The notes under the pieces: generated by a model | What the model saw: the letters and a program-made list of their open reading frames with translations, nothing else | Database searches by the model: none | Told to the model about the DNA's origin: nothing | Made by a program: the position numbers and the translations under genes | Assembly (NCBI GenBank): GCA_965250285.1 | Contig: OZ252299.1 | Coordinates: 4,640,001-4,704,000, forward strand | Length of the DNA stretch: 64,000 bases | Origin: Myxococcota bacterium | Lineage (GTDB): Bacteria > Myxococcota_A > UBA9160 > UBA4427 | Direction of reading: 5' to 3' | In this document: piece after piece, positions 1-10,272 of the stretch | Layout: each line of letters starts with the position of its first letter | How positions within the stretch are numbered: position 1 is the first letter of the stretch

Positions 1-2
1 TC

Positions 3-947
<945 letters not shown>

Positions 948-1036
948 CCCCTGCAAAGCTAGCGTGTAGGGGAGAGTCGCGTCGCGGTCGCGCGGGTCAG
1001 CGGAGCTGCTCGACGAAGGCCTCGTCGCCGATTCGG

Positions 1037-1999
1037 TCAGCCCAACTTCGCCTCGACCGCATCCATGAACGTCGCCTCGAGCTTCACGCCGTCGAGGGCG
1101 TTCACCTCCTGCACGCCGGTTGGCGAAGTGACGTTGATCTCGGTCAAACGGCCGCCGATCACGTCGATCCCCACGAAGAACAGGCCATGGTCGCGCAGCA
1201 CCGGCCCAACGCGATCGATGATCGCGCGATCCTCGGGTGTGATCTCGGCCTTCGCCGCACGGCCTCCGACGTGCAGATTCGCTCGCACCTCGGCATCGGA
1301 AGGGACGCGCAGCACGGCGCCGATCGGTTCACCGTCGAGCAGCAGGATCCGCTTGTCGCCCTCGCGCACCTCGGGCAGATAGCGCTGCGCCATCGCCCAA
1401 CGCGTCCCGAAGGTCGTCGACTGCTCGAGGATCGACGAGAGGTTCCGGTCGTCGGCGTGCACGTGAAAGATGCCCTCGCCCCCCTTGCCATCGAGAGGCT
1501 TGATGATCATCTCGCCGCCGAGCTTGGCCATGAAATCACGCAGCACGGCGATCTCGCGCGTGACCGTGGTCTCGGCCATCAGGTCGGGGAAGTGCAGCGC
1601 GAAGAGCTTCTCGTTGAAGGCGAGAATGTGGCGCGGATCGTTCAGCACGAGCGTCTTGCGGCAGATGCCCAGAATCTGGGTCGACGTGACGTACACCCCC
1701 TCGACGGGCGGGTCCTTGCGCTGAAACGCGACGTCGATCTCGTCGTCGAGCACGACCGTCCGGGGGGTGCCTCGGTCGACATGGTTCCCGACCTCGGAGC
1801 GCAGGGTGACCGGCGTCACGCGCGCCGACGGCCGTCCGTCGATCACTTCGAGGTCTTCGGGCTCGCAGAACAGCACTTCGTGACCGCGCGCCTGGGCTTC
1901 GAGCATGAGGACGAGGGTCGTCGACCCCGAGACGTCCTCAGCTTCGATGGGGTCCATGACGAAGAGCATGCGGCGGGGGGCTGCGGCCAATGGGAACAT
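1037..1999 (-). CDS. gshB: Glutathione synthetase
   Basis: [54 protein letters not shown]. Start is ATG 1999 or ATG 1969. Confidence 0.95.
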   Translation of the reverse strand: MFPLAAAPRRMLFVMDPIEAEDVSGSTTLVLMLEAQARGHEVLFCEPEDLEVIDGRPSARVTPVTLRSEVGNHVDRGTPRTVVLDDEIDVAFQRKDPPVEGVYVTSTQILGICRKTLVLNDPRHILAFNEKLFALHFPDLMAETTVTREIAVLRDFMAKLGGEMIIKPLDGKGGEGIFHVHADDRNLSSILEQSTTFGTRWAMAQRYLPEVREGDKRILLLDGEPIGAVLRVPSDAEVRANLHVGGRAAKAEITPEDRAIIDRVGPVLRDHGLFFVGIDVIGGRLTEINVTSPTGVQEVNALDGVKLEATFMDAVEAKLG

Positions 2000-2291
2000 C
2001 TCCGGTGCTGCCGGTTTCGGATCGGTTCGCACGCACCCGGATCGGGGGGATCCGGGCCGGCGGAGCCCCATTCGATGCCCCGCGGTGCGAGACGCTACAC
2101 CGGCCCGTGGGCGGCGGTCAGACCGTCGCGAACCGAGCCGGCCGGGTTCGAGCCACGCACCGGTCGACCGGGCGCGAAACCGGCGAGGCCGCCTCGAAGC
2201 GAGGCCACGAAGCTGCGATCCACCGCGCCCGAGCGGGGCAAATGTGCACCAGTCGGGCTAGCTTTCGGCCAATCTTGGAGAATTCGCCGCA

Positions 2292-5132
2292 ATGACCCGG
2301 TCCAGGGTGCTTCGAGCCCTGCTCGTCCTCGTTCTTCTGCTCGCTGTCGGCGCTGCCGGAGGCGCTTGGTGGTTCTACGACGCCTTCCTCCGAGATCTGC
2401 CCGACATGCGGCGCATCGAGGACTACCAGCCTGCGATGACGTCGGTCGTGCGCGACCGCGACGGTCGGCCGATCGGCGAGTTCTATGAAGAGCGCCGCCG
2501 GCTCGTGCCCATCGAAGAGATCCCGAAGCACGTGCAGCTCGCGTTCGTCGCCGCCGAGGACGGCTCGTTCTTCGAGCACGAGGGCCTCGACTACCGCGGC
2601 ATCCTGCGGGCCGCACTCGCCAACCTGCGCGCGGGCGGCGCCAAGAGCCAGGGCGCCTCGACGATCACCCAGCAGATGGTGAAGAGCCTGCTGCTCACGC
2701 CCGAGAAGACCTACCGCCGCAAGATCCGCGAGATGTTCCTCGCCCGCGACATCGAGAAGAGCTTCACGAAGGACGAGATCCTCTACCTCTATCTCAACCA
2801 GATCTACTTCGGTCAGGGCGCGTGGGGCATCGAGGAGGCCGCGCGCACCTATTTCGGCAAGCACGTCGGCGAGCTGACCGTGAGCGAAGCCGCGATGCTG
2901 GCGGGCCTGCCCCAGCGCCCGAGCGAGTACTCGCCCTATCGAAACCCCGAGTCGGCCGAACGCCGGCGGCGCTACGTGCTCGGCCGCATGTTCGAAGACG
3001 AGATCATCGACGAGGACATGTACGAGGCCGCGCTGCTCGAACGGCCCGAGCTCGCCAGCCCGCCCGAGCAGGAGCACTACGCGGCGGCGGCCCACTTCAC
3101 CGAGCTGGTGCGCCGATACCTCTACGATCGACTGGGCGGCGACGCGGTGCTCGAAGGCGGCCTCACGATCGAGACCACCATCGACCTCGATCTGCAGCTC
3201 GCCGCCGTCGACGCCGTTCGCAGCGGTCTCGAAGCGCACGACCATCGCCAGGGCTATCGCGGCGTGCAGCGCACGGCGAAGCGCGGCGAGATCGATGCGG
3301 CCGTCGCCGAGGCCGCCGAGGCGAACGCCGATCTCTACGTCAAGGTGACCGCGGTCGATGTCGGTCTCGAGCCGGCGCCCGACGCCGAGACGCTGGGGGT
3401 CGAAGACGAAGCCGAGGTCGTCGAAGCACCCGCGCACGTCGTCGATGCCGAGAGCGAGACCATCGAGGTCGCCGAAGTCGACGAAGCCGAGGCGGACACC
3501 GAGGTCGATGCGGGCGAGATGCCCCTCGTGGTGCCCGAGCCCGAGGCGATCGCCCTCGACGTTCCCTTCGACGAGCCGGTGCTCGGCGTCGTCGTCGAGG
3601 TCGACCGCAAGGCCGAGCTCGCGAAGGTGGCCCTCGGAGAGGGGCTGGTCGGCACCCTCGCGCTGGCCGACGTCGACTGGGCGAGAAAACCGAACCCGAA
3701 GCGACGCCCGATCAAGGTGTCGCGCATCGACTGGATCGTGAAGGTCGGCGACGTGGCCGAGTTCGTCCGGCTGCCCGACCTGACGCCCGAACAGATCGAG
3801 GACGACGACCGCTCCGAGCCCGAGATGCGGCCGATCTACGATCCCACGATCGAACCCGAGGTGCTGGCGCAGCTCGAATCCGAAGACGCCCTGCCCGAGC
3901 CCATTGCCGAGCTGCCCGTCGCGCGACTCGATCTGTATCAGGTGCCCAGCGTGCAGGGCTCGCTGCTCTCGATGGAGGTCGAGACCGGTGATGTGCTCGC
4001 GCTCGTCGGCGGCTACGACTACGCAGCGAGCGAGTTCAACCGCGCGGTCCAGGCCAAGCGTCAGCCCGGCTCGGCGTTCAAGCCTTTCATCTATGGCGCG
4101 GCCCTCGCGAAGGACTACACGCCGGTCTCCGAGGTCGTCGACCGACCGGTGGTCTACACCGATCCGGTGTCGGGCTTCGTCTGGGCGCCGCGCAACTACG
4201 GTCGCCGCTTCTACGGCCCGATGCCGCTGCGCAACGCGCTCAAGAAGTCGGTCAACAACGCGACGGTGCATCTCTTCAGAGAAGTGGGCGTCGACTACGT
4301 GATCGACTACGCACGTCGGCTCGGCATTCAGGCGCCGCTTTCGCGCGACCTGTCGCTCGCGCTCGGCTCGAGTGCAGTCACGCTGCTCGAGCTGACCACG
4401 GCCTACGCGGTCTTCCCGAACCACGGCCACCGGGTGCTGCCCCGCTTCATCACGAAGGTCACCGCCGCCGACGGCACGGTGCTGCTCGAAGACGTGCCGC
4501 TGGGGCCGCCCCCGCCGCCGGTACTGCGACCGCTCGAAGACGGGTTCGCTGCGGCCGAAGTCGACGTCGCGCCCGGCGCGAGCGCCGTGCGCACGACCGC
4601 GATCGAGGATCTCGACGTGTATCCCGACAGCGAGATCATGCCGACGAACGAGATCATCAGTGAGGCGCAGGCCTACCTCATGTGCGACCTGCTGCGGGCC
4701 GTGGTGCAGGAGGGAACGGGGCAGCGACTCAAGCGCCTCGGCCGACCGCTCGCCGGAAAGACGGGCACCACCAACGAGCAGGGCGACGCCTGGTTCATGG
4801 GCTTCTCACCCGAGATCGTGACCGGCGTCTGGGTCGGCCACGACGACAACACCGTGCTCGGCTGGGGGGAGACGGGCGCCGGAGCCGCGCTGCCGATCTG
4901 GGGCGACTTCATGAAGGTCGCGCTCAAGGGGCGGCCGATTCGCGACTTCGACGTGCCCGACGAGAACATCGTGTTCGAGCGCATCGACCGCGACACCGGC
5001 CTGGTCGCCGACTCGAGCACGATGAACGCCTACTTCCAGCCTTTCATTGCGGGCACGCAGCCCCAGAGCACGGTGAGCGACCGACGTACGGCGAGCGACG
5101 CCGAAGAGGCGCTCCGCGAAGACCTCTTCTGA
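2292..5132 (+). CDS. mrcA: Class A penicillin-binding protein (PBP1A family)
   Basis: N-terminal TM. Transglycosylase motifs EDGSFFEHEG, GASTITQQMVK, YLNQIYFG. Transpeptidase motifs GSAFK, SVN, GKTGT. Confidence 0.95.
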   Translation: MTRSRVLRALLVLVLLLAVGAAGGAWWFYDAFLRDLPDMRRIEDYQPAMTSVVRDRDGRPIGEFYEERRRLVPIEEIPKHVQLAFVAAEDGSFFEHEGLDYRGILRAALANLRAGGAKSQGASTITQQMVKSLLLTPEKTYRRKIREMFLARDIEKSFTKDEILYLYLNQIYFGQGAWGIEEAARTYFGKHVGELTVSEAAMLAGLPQRPSEYSPYRNPESAERRRRYVLGRMFEDEIIDEDMYEAALLERPELASPPEQEHYAAAAHFTELVRRYLYDRLGGDAVLEGGLTIETTIDLDLQLAAVDAVRSGLEAHDHRQGYRGVQRTAKRGEIDAAVAEAAEANADLYVKVTAVDVGLEPAPDAETLGVEDEAEVVEAPAHVVDAESETIEVAEVDEAEADTEVDAGEMPLVVPEPEAIALDVPFDEPVLGVVVEVDRKAELAKVALGEGLVGTLALADVDWARKPNPKRRPIKVSRIDWIVKVGDVAEFVRLPDLTPEQIEDDDRSEPEMRPIYDPTIEPEVLAQLESEDALPEPIAELPVARLDLYQVPSVQGSLLSMEVETGDVLALVGGYDYAASEFNRAVQAKRQPGSAFKPFIYGAALAKDYTPVSEVVDRPVVYTDPVSGFVWAPRNYGRRFYGPMPLRNALKKSVNNATVHLFREVGVDYVIDYARRLGIQAPLSRDLSLALGSSAVTLLELTTAYAVFPNHGHRVLPRFITKVTAADGTVLLEDVPLGPPPPPVLRPLEDGFAAAEVDVAPGASAVRTTAIEDLDVYPDSEIMPTNEIISEAQAYLMCDLLRAVVQEGTGQRLKRLGRPLAGKTGTTNEQGDAWFMGFSPEIVTGVWVGHDDNTVLGWGETGAGAALPIWGDFMKVALKGRPIRDFDVPDENIVFERIDRDTGLVADSSTMNAYFQPFIAGTQPQSTVSDRRTASDAEEALREDLF

Positions 5133-5135
5133 ACG

Positions 5136-5154
5136 CGCACTCGATTCGAGTGCG
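5136..5154 (+). terminator. Hairpin directly after the PBP1A stop (possible terminator or mRNA-stabilising stem)
   Basis: CGCACTCG-ATT-CGAGTGCG perfect 8-bp stem, but no U tract. Confidence 0.35.
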
Positions 5155-5206
5155 TGGCTCGGCCACCGCTTGACAGCGACCCCGCGGCCGCGATAGCAAC
5201 CCGGCC

Positions 5207-6607
5207 ATGGGGGAGAACGAGGTCGGTCCTGGGAGATGGCCGGCGCGGGGTTCGTCGCATCGACGCCCGCGCGACCAGTCTCCGCGCGCGCTCATTGACG
5301 CCGTGTTTCCGGCCGCCGGAGACGACGCGCACGCCCCCACCGAGCCGGGCAGCTGGCAGCGGCCCGAGGCCGAGGCGAAGTCGGCGCGGCCCGGCGCCGC
5401 CGAGACACGTCGGGTCGAACCGCCCCCGCGCCGCCCGGCGCCCGAGCCGCCGGCGACCGAGACCGACGACTTCCAGGCCATCTGCCAGCAGGCACTCCAT
5501 GCCGCCTGTGAATCGCTGGCGCTCGACGTCGGGCTCGTGCTGCAGCGTGATGCCGCCGGCGAGGCCGTTCAGCCCCTGGCGTCTTTCGCGCGCGCCGGCG
5601 TTCCCCGCACGCCCGAACGGGGTGAGCTCGCGCTGCTGTGGCGACAGCAACGCGCGATCGATCTCGGCGAGCCGACCCTGCCCGAGCTGGCGCGACTCTT
5701 CGCTCAGCGCACCGGCTTCAGCGCGGTGCGGGCGCTCTCGCGAACGCCTTCTTCGCCCGGCCTGCTGCTGCTCGTCGGCGGAGCCGACGATCGCCTCGGC
5801 CGAGTGCGGCCTCGCACGCTGGCGCGCCTCGACGCCCTCGCGAGCCAGCTCGAGGTGCCCCTCGAGCGCGACCGCACCGTCGCGCGCATCGGCGAGCTCG
5901 ACGATGCCGTCAAGCGGCTCGATCGACTGGCGCTGCTCGGCTCGCTCGTCGCCGAGGTGATCCACGAGGTGCGAAACCCCCTCGTGTCGATCAAGACCTT
6001 CCTCGAGCTGCTGCCCCAACGGCTCGACGATCCCGAGTTTCACGATTCGTTTCGCGGCCTGGTGCTCGACGAGGTGTTCCGGCTCGAGCGACTGCTCGAC
6101 GAGGTGCTCGCCCATGCGCGCCCAGGCCACCATGCGCCCCGCCCCGAAGACGCCGACATCGCCGACGCACTCCAGGGGCTCGAGCAGCTGCTCGCGCACC
6201 GCGCGCGCGAAGCCGGCGTGACGCTGATCGCCGAGCCGGTCGACACCGCCTTCGGCATCGCGGCGCTCTCACCCGACGCGCTTCGCCAGGTGCTGCTCAA
6301 CCTCTGCGTCAACGCCATCGAGGCGTGCGGCGAGAATGGCACGGTGCGCGTGAGCGCACGCCGCCGCGCGAACGGAGGCGGCGAAGATCACGTCGAGATC
6401 TGGGTCGAGGACGACGGGCCCGGCATCGACGCCCTCGACCGCGAGCTCGTGTTCGAGCCGTTCCACTCGAGCCGCAGTGATGCGCCCGGCGGGCTCGGGC
6501 TCGCCATCTCGCGGCGGCTCGCCGAGGAGGCAGGCGGCCGGCTCTTCGTCGCGCAGGCGACCGAGGGCGGCGCGCGCTTCGTGCTGCGGCTGCCGGCCGG
6601 GGGCTGA
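5207..6607 (+). CDS. Soluble sensor histidine kinase (HisKA + HATPase_c)
   Basis: H-box HEVRNPL, N-box QVLLNLCVNA, DDGPG, GLGL. No obvious TM segment. Start uncertain. Confidence 0.9.
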   Translation: MGENEVGPGRWPARGSSHRRPRDQSPRALIDAVFPAAGDDAHAPTEPGSWQRPEAEAKSARPGAAETRRVEPPPRRPAPEPPATETDDFQAICQQALHAACESLALDVGLVLQRDAAGEAVQPLASFARAGVPRTPERGELALLWRQQRAIDLGEPTLPELARLFAQRTGFSAVRALSRTPSSPGLLLLVGGADDRLGRVRPRTLARLDALASQLEVPLERDRTVARIGELDDAVKRLDRLALLGSLVAEVIHEVRNPLVSIKTFLELLPQRLDDPEFHDSFRGLVLDEVFRLERLLDEVLAHARPGHHAPRPEDADIADALQGLEQLLAHRAREAGVTLIAEPVDTAFGIAALSPDALRQVLLNLCVNAIEACGENGTVRVSARRRANGGGEDHVEIWVEDDGPGIDALDRELVFEPFHSSRSDAPGGLGLAISRRLAEEAGGRLFVAQATEGGARFVLRLPAGG

Positions 6608-6627
6608 ATCCCTGGCCCACCGCACCG

Positions 6628-7281
6628 CTAGCGCCTGCGGTCCAGGAAAGCGTCGACCGCGCGGCGCAGCTCGGTCAGGTGCATCATGAAGAAGTGATCG
6701 GCGCCCTCGAGGATCTCGAGTGTGATGCCATCGCGCTCGGCCGCCCACTGCGCGAGCACGTCGACATCGACGAATCGGTCGCTGTCGCCCGTCACCATCA
6801 AGATCTCGCCATCGAAGCCCGCGACGAGCGACGCATCGATGAGGGCCGGCGGCGGTGCGACGAGCACGAGTCGCTTGAGCCCACGCGCGGTGCGGGTCGC
6901 GCGCAGCGCGGTCGCCGCGCCGAACGAGTAACCCATGGCCATGACCGGACCGTTCACGGTCTCGCGCAGGAACGCCAGCGACGCCGCGAAGTCGACGTCG
7001 GCATCGGCCTCGTCGCCGCTGGGCGTGCCCGCGCTGCCGCCGACGCCCCGCCAGTTGAAGCGAAGACTCGACAGGCCGGCGGCGTCGAGCGCAAAGGCCA
7101 GCTCGGTGACCACGGGCGATTCCATGCTGCCGCCCATTAGCGGGTGGGGCGCCGCCACGACGCCGCCCGCGCAGTCGGGCTGCTCGGTCGCCGGCACCAA
7201 CAGGCCCTCGAGTGCCGCGCCCGCGCCGAGCGCAGCGTCGGGGAGCGCGATGGTCGCGGGCTGTTCGAAGGCTCTGGGCAT
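6628..7281 (-). CDS. Alpha/beta hydrolase
   Basis: PHPLMGGSM, LRFNWRGVGGS, nucleophile elbow GYSFG, D, and GADHFF. Confidence 0.9.
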   Translation of the reverse strand: MPRAFEQPATIALPDAALGAGAALEGLLVPATEQPDCAGGVVAAPHPLMGGSMESPVVTELAFALDAAGLSSLRFNWRGVGGSAGTPSGDEADADVDFAASLAFLRETVNGPVMAMGYSFGAATALRATRTARGLKRLVLVAPPPALIDASLVAGFDGEILMVTGDSDRFVDVDVLAQWAAERDGITLEILEGADHFFMMHLTELRRAVDAFLDRRR

Positions 7282-7435
7282 CGACGAGGCTCCGGTATCG
7301 GACGCGTCGAGATCGCACCGCCGACTCGGTCGGGCTGCATGACGCGTCGAGGCCGGCCGAGCATAGGTCATGACGCGCGTCATCCCGTCGACCGCTGCGC
7401 GGGCGCCGCGCTACACCCTGCGCAGAGGAGAACCC

Positions 7436-7969
7436 ATGTCCGATGCCGAAGCGCCGCCCGTCCGCCGATCCGCGGCCTGGCTCAAGATCGTCACCGAAGA
7501 CGTCGTGCTGCCGAACGGTCAGCGCACCGCGCTCGATGTGATCCGGCACCCGGGCGCCTCGGCCGTCGTGCCCTTTCTCGCCGACGACGAGGTGCTCCTG
7601 ATCCAGCAATACCGGTATGCCGCGGGCGGCACGATCTGGGAGGTGCCGGCCGGCAAGCTCGACCCGGGCGAGTCGCCCGATGTCTGCGCGGCGCGCGAGC
7701 TCGAAGAAGAGACGGGCTACCGCGCGGGTGAGATCGTTCCGCTCGGCTCGATCCTCACGACGCCCGGGTTCACCGACGAACGCATCCACCTGTTCGAGGC
7801 GAATCGCCTCGAGCCCGCGACCCAGAAGCTCGACAGCGATGAGGTCATCGAGCTGGTGCCGATGCCGCTCAGCGCCGCGCTCGAACTGGTCTGGAGTGGG
7901 CAGATGGTCGACGGCAAGAGCATCGTCGCCCTGGTGAAGGCAGCGCGTCGCCGGGGCTTCCTCGCTTGA
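7436..7969 (+). CDS. NUDIX hydrolase (ADP-ribose pyrophosphatase-like)
   Basis: Nudix box PAGKLDPGESPDVCAARELEEETGY; AGGAG RBS before ATG 7436. Confidence 0.92.
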   Translation: MSDAEAPPVRRSAAWLKIVTEDVVLPNGQRTALDVIRHPGASAVVPFLADDEVLLIQQYRYAAGGTIWEVPAGKLDPGESPDVCAARELEEETGYRAGEIVPLGSILTTPGFTDERIHLFEANRLEPATQKLDSDEVIELVPMPLSAALELVWSGQMVDGKSIVALVKAARRRGFLA

Positions 7970-8119
7970 CGCAGCGCGTGATCGCCGGCGAATCCCGGCG
8001 AAATCGGGTCCGCTCGGGGCCGGCCGAGCGTTCGAACGGCCCTGAGTGCTCTCAGCCCCACCTCACCTCTTGTCGAGATTTGCAGCCCTGCTGAAGTGCC
8101 CTGCAGCAGCACTGCGGCG

Positions 8120-8148
8120 TTGACTGAACCCCGCATGATTTCTAAGTT
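8120..8148 (+). promoter_or_regulatory. Putative sigma70-type promoter upstream of the rhomboid gene
   Basis: TTGACT-N17-TAAGTT in a locally AT-richer intergenic region. Confidence 0.5.
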
Positions 8149-8368
8149 TTTCGGCGTTCGACGGGATCTCGCGCCCATCCCGCCGACCCGTTTGGGTAAC
8201 AGTCGGCAGCGCCGTGATCGACACGCGCGAATGTCGGCCCAAAAGCCATGCGTGATGCGCGACACCTCGTGGTCGCGCGACACGATCGATCGACCGATCA
8301 GTGCTTTGCACGCGCGTCGGCATCGAAGGCAGTCCCGACCCGGTCGGTTTTGAGGAGCACGCTCGAAC

Positions 8369-9142
8369 GTGTACGGACGCGGAAATCAGCTCGGCTTCGG
8401 GCCCCCCGTTACGCCCGACATCATCAAGACGTTGCTGATCGCAAACGGTCTCGTGTACATCGCCCAGTACGCGACGGGCGGGTATGGCGGACTCGTCGAG
8501 ACGCTGGGCGTCGTCGTGCCCTCGGCGGTCTGGCTCGATCTCCAGATCTGGCGGCCCTTCACGTACATGTGGCTGCACAGCACGGCGTCACCGCTGCACA
8601 TCATCTTCAACATGCTGATGCTGTGGATGTTCGGGTCGCCGCTCGCGCTGGTCTGGGGTGACCAGCGCTTCCTGCGCTTCTATCTCACGTGCGGCGTCGG
8701 CGCCGGCATCCTGATCGCCAGCGTGCCCTTCGTGCCCTACCTGCTCGGGCTCTCCGATTACATCATGAACGTGCCGACGCTCGGCGCGTCGGGCGCGGTC
8801 ATCGGCGTCATTGTCGCCTACAGCTTCACCTGGCCCGATCGAACGATCATGCTGCTGATTCCGCCGATGCCGATCCGCGCGATCTGGCTCGTGCCGCTGA
8901 TCCTCGTGATGGATTTCGTCGTCGGTCCGGGCAACGTCAGCCACGTCGGCCACATCGGCGGTGCGGTCATTGGCTGGGTCTACCTCGTCCGTGAAGGACG
9001 AACACCAGGCGCCCCCACATTCCAATCGCTCAAACACCGCTGGCGTAGATACCAGATGCGGCAACGCATTCGGGTGGCTCACGAAGAGGAGCAGCGCAAG
9101 CGTTGGGAGGACGAACGCCGGGGGCCGCCGCGCTTCCATTGA
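8369..9142 (+). CDS. Rhomboid family intramembrane serine protease
   Basis: WRPFTYMWLH, HIIFNML, GASG, HVGHIGG; multiple TM segments. Confidence 0.93.
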   Translation: MYGRGNQLGFGPPVTPDIIKTLLIANGLVYIAQYATGGYGGLVETLGVVVPSAVWLDLQIWRPFTYMWLHSTASPLHIIFNMLMLWMFGSPLALVWGDQRFLRFYLTCGVGAGILIASVPFVPYLLGLSDYIMNVPTLGASGAVIGVIVAYSFTWPDRTIMLLIPPMPIRAIWLVPLILVMDFVVGPGNVSHVGHIGGAVIGWVYLVREGRTPGAPTFQSLKHRWRRYQMRQRIRVAHEEEQRKRWEDERRGPPRFH

Positions 9143-9230
9143 CGTCCCCCGGCGCGCGGCTCTGAGCCTGTGCGCGCTGAGGTCGTCTGGATCGAGGAGC
9201 GGGCACCCCCCCACCGGCTTCGAGAACACC

Positions 9231-10190
9231 ATGGACACCGAATCGAACAACGACGAGCGCCAGACGCGGACCGGCTTCGGCGGGTTCCTGCGCAGCCTAT
9301 TCGCCGGCATCCCGTGGAGCGAGAGCGCCCACACGGACGTCGAGATGACCCTCTTCGCGCCCTCGGGCCGCGAGATGCACGTCATGAATGCAAACGGCAA
9401 GATCCTGGTCGTCGGCGAGGACCGGACCGACATCGAGGTCTTCGCCCGCAAGCACGCCCGGGCCGAGTGCAGTGAAGCTGCCGGCGACCTGCTCGACTCG
9501 ATCGGGATCGAGCAGCAGGTCGTGAACGGCGTGCTCGAGCTCGAGGTCGTGATCCCGCGAAGCTGGAAGCGCCACGGCACGGCCGATCTCGTACTGCGCG
9601 TGCCACGTGACCTCGCCGTCCACGCCACGACCAGCAACGGCAAGATCTGCGCGAAGGGCCTGCGTTGCGTCTTTCACGCCCAGTCGAGCAACGGCTCGGT
9701 CAAGGTCGACGACATCGTCGGCGACGTCGACATCACCACCGCGAACGCCAAGGTCGTGTGCGGCTGCACGGTCGGGCGTCTGGTCGCGCGGTCGAGCAAC
9801 GGCAAGATCCAGGTCGGCGATCACCGCGGCGCCCTCGACGCCAGCACGTCGAACGGTCTGATCCACGCCCACCTGCACGAGCTCGCGAAGGAGGGCGTCC
9901 TGCTCGCGACCAGCAACGGTCGCATCGTGCTCGAGCTGCCCGTCGACCCCGACGCCGAGGTCGACGTGCGTGTCGACAACGGCGTGATCCGCAGCGACTT
10001 CGATCTCGGTCAGGGCGACTCCGAGGCCACCGGCGGCCGCGTTCGCGGCCGCATCGGGCGCGGCGGGGTGCCGATCCGGCTGCGAACGTCGAATGGCACG
10101 ATCTCACTGCGCGCCAGCGACGCGACGGTCGAGAACTCGCCGTGCGGGTGCGAGGAAGAAGAAGAGAAGCAGCAGGCGCGCTCGGCCTGA
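9231..10190 (+). CDS. DUF4097-like beta-strand repeat protein
   Basis: Repeated T/S-SNG-x-I motifs; no signal peptide visible. Confidence 0.8.
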   Translation: MDTESNNDERQTRTGFGGFLRSLFAGIPWSESAHTDVEMTLFAPSGREMHVMNANGKILVVGEDRTDIEVFARKHARAECSEAAGDLLDSIGIEQQVVNGVLELEVVIPRSWKRHGTADLVLRVPRDLAVHATTSNGKICAKGLRCVFHAQSSNGSVKVDDIVGDVDITTANAKVVCGCTVGRLVARSSNGKIQVGDHRGALDASTSNGLIHAHLHELAKEGVLLATSNGRIVLELPVDPDAEVDVRVDNGVIRSDFDLGQGDSEATGGRVRGRIGRGGVPIRLRTSNGTISLRASDATVENSPCGCEEEEEKQQARSA

Positions 10191-10272
10191 GCCGCACCGC
10201 TCGCGCGTCGCCGGCTCGCCCCGCGCGGGCTCCATCGCGCCCCGGCACGCGACGGCGCGGACACCCGCGATC

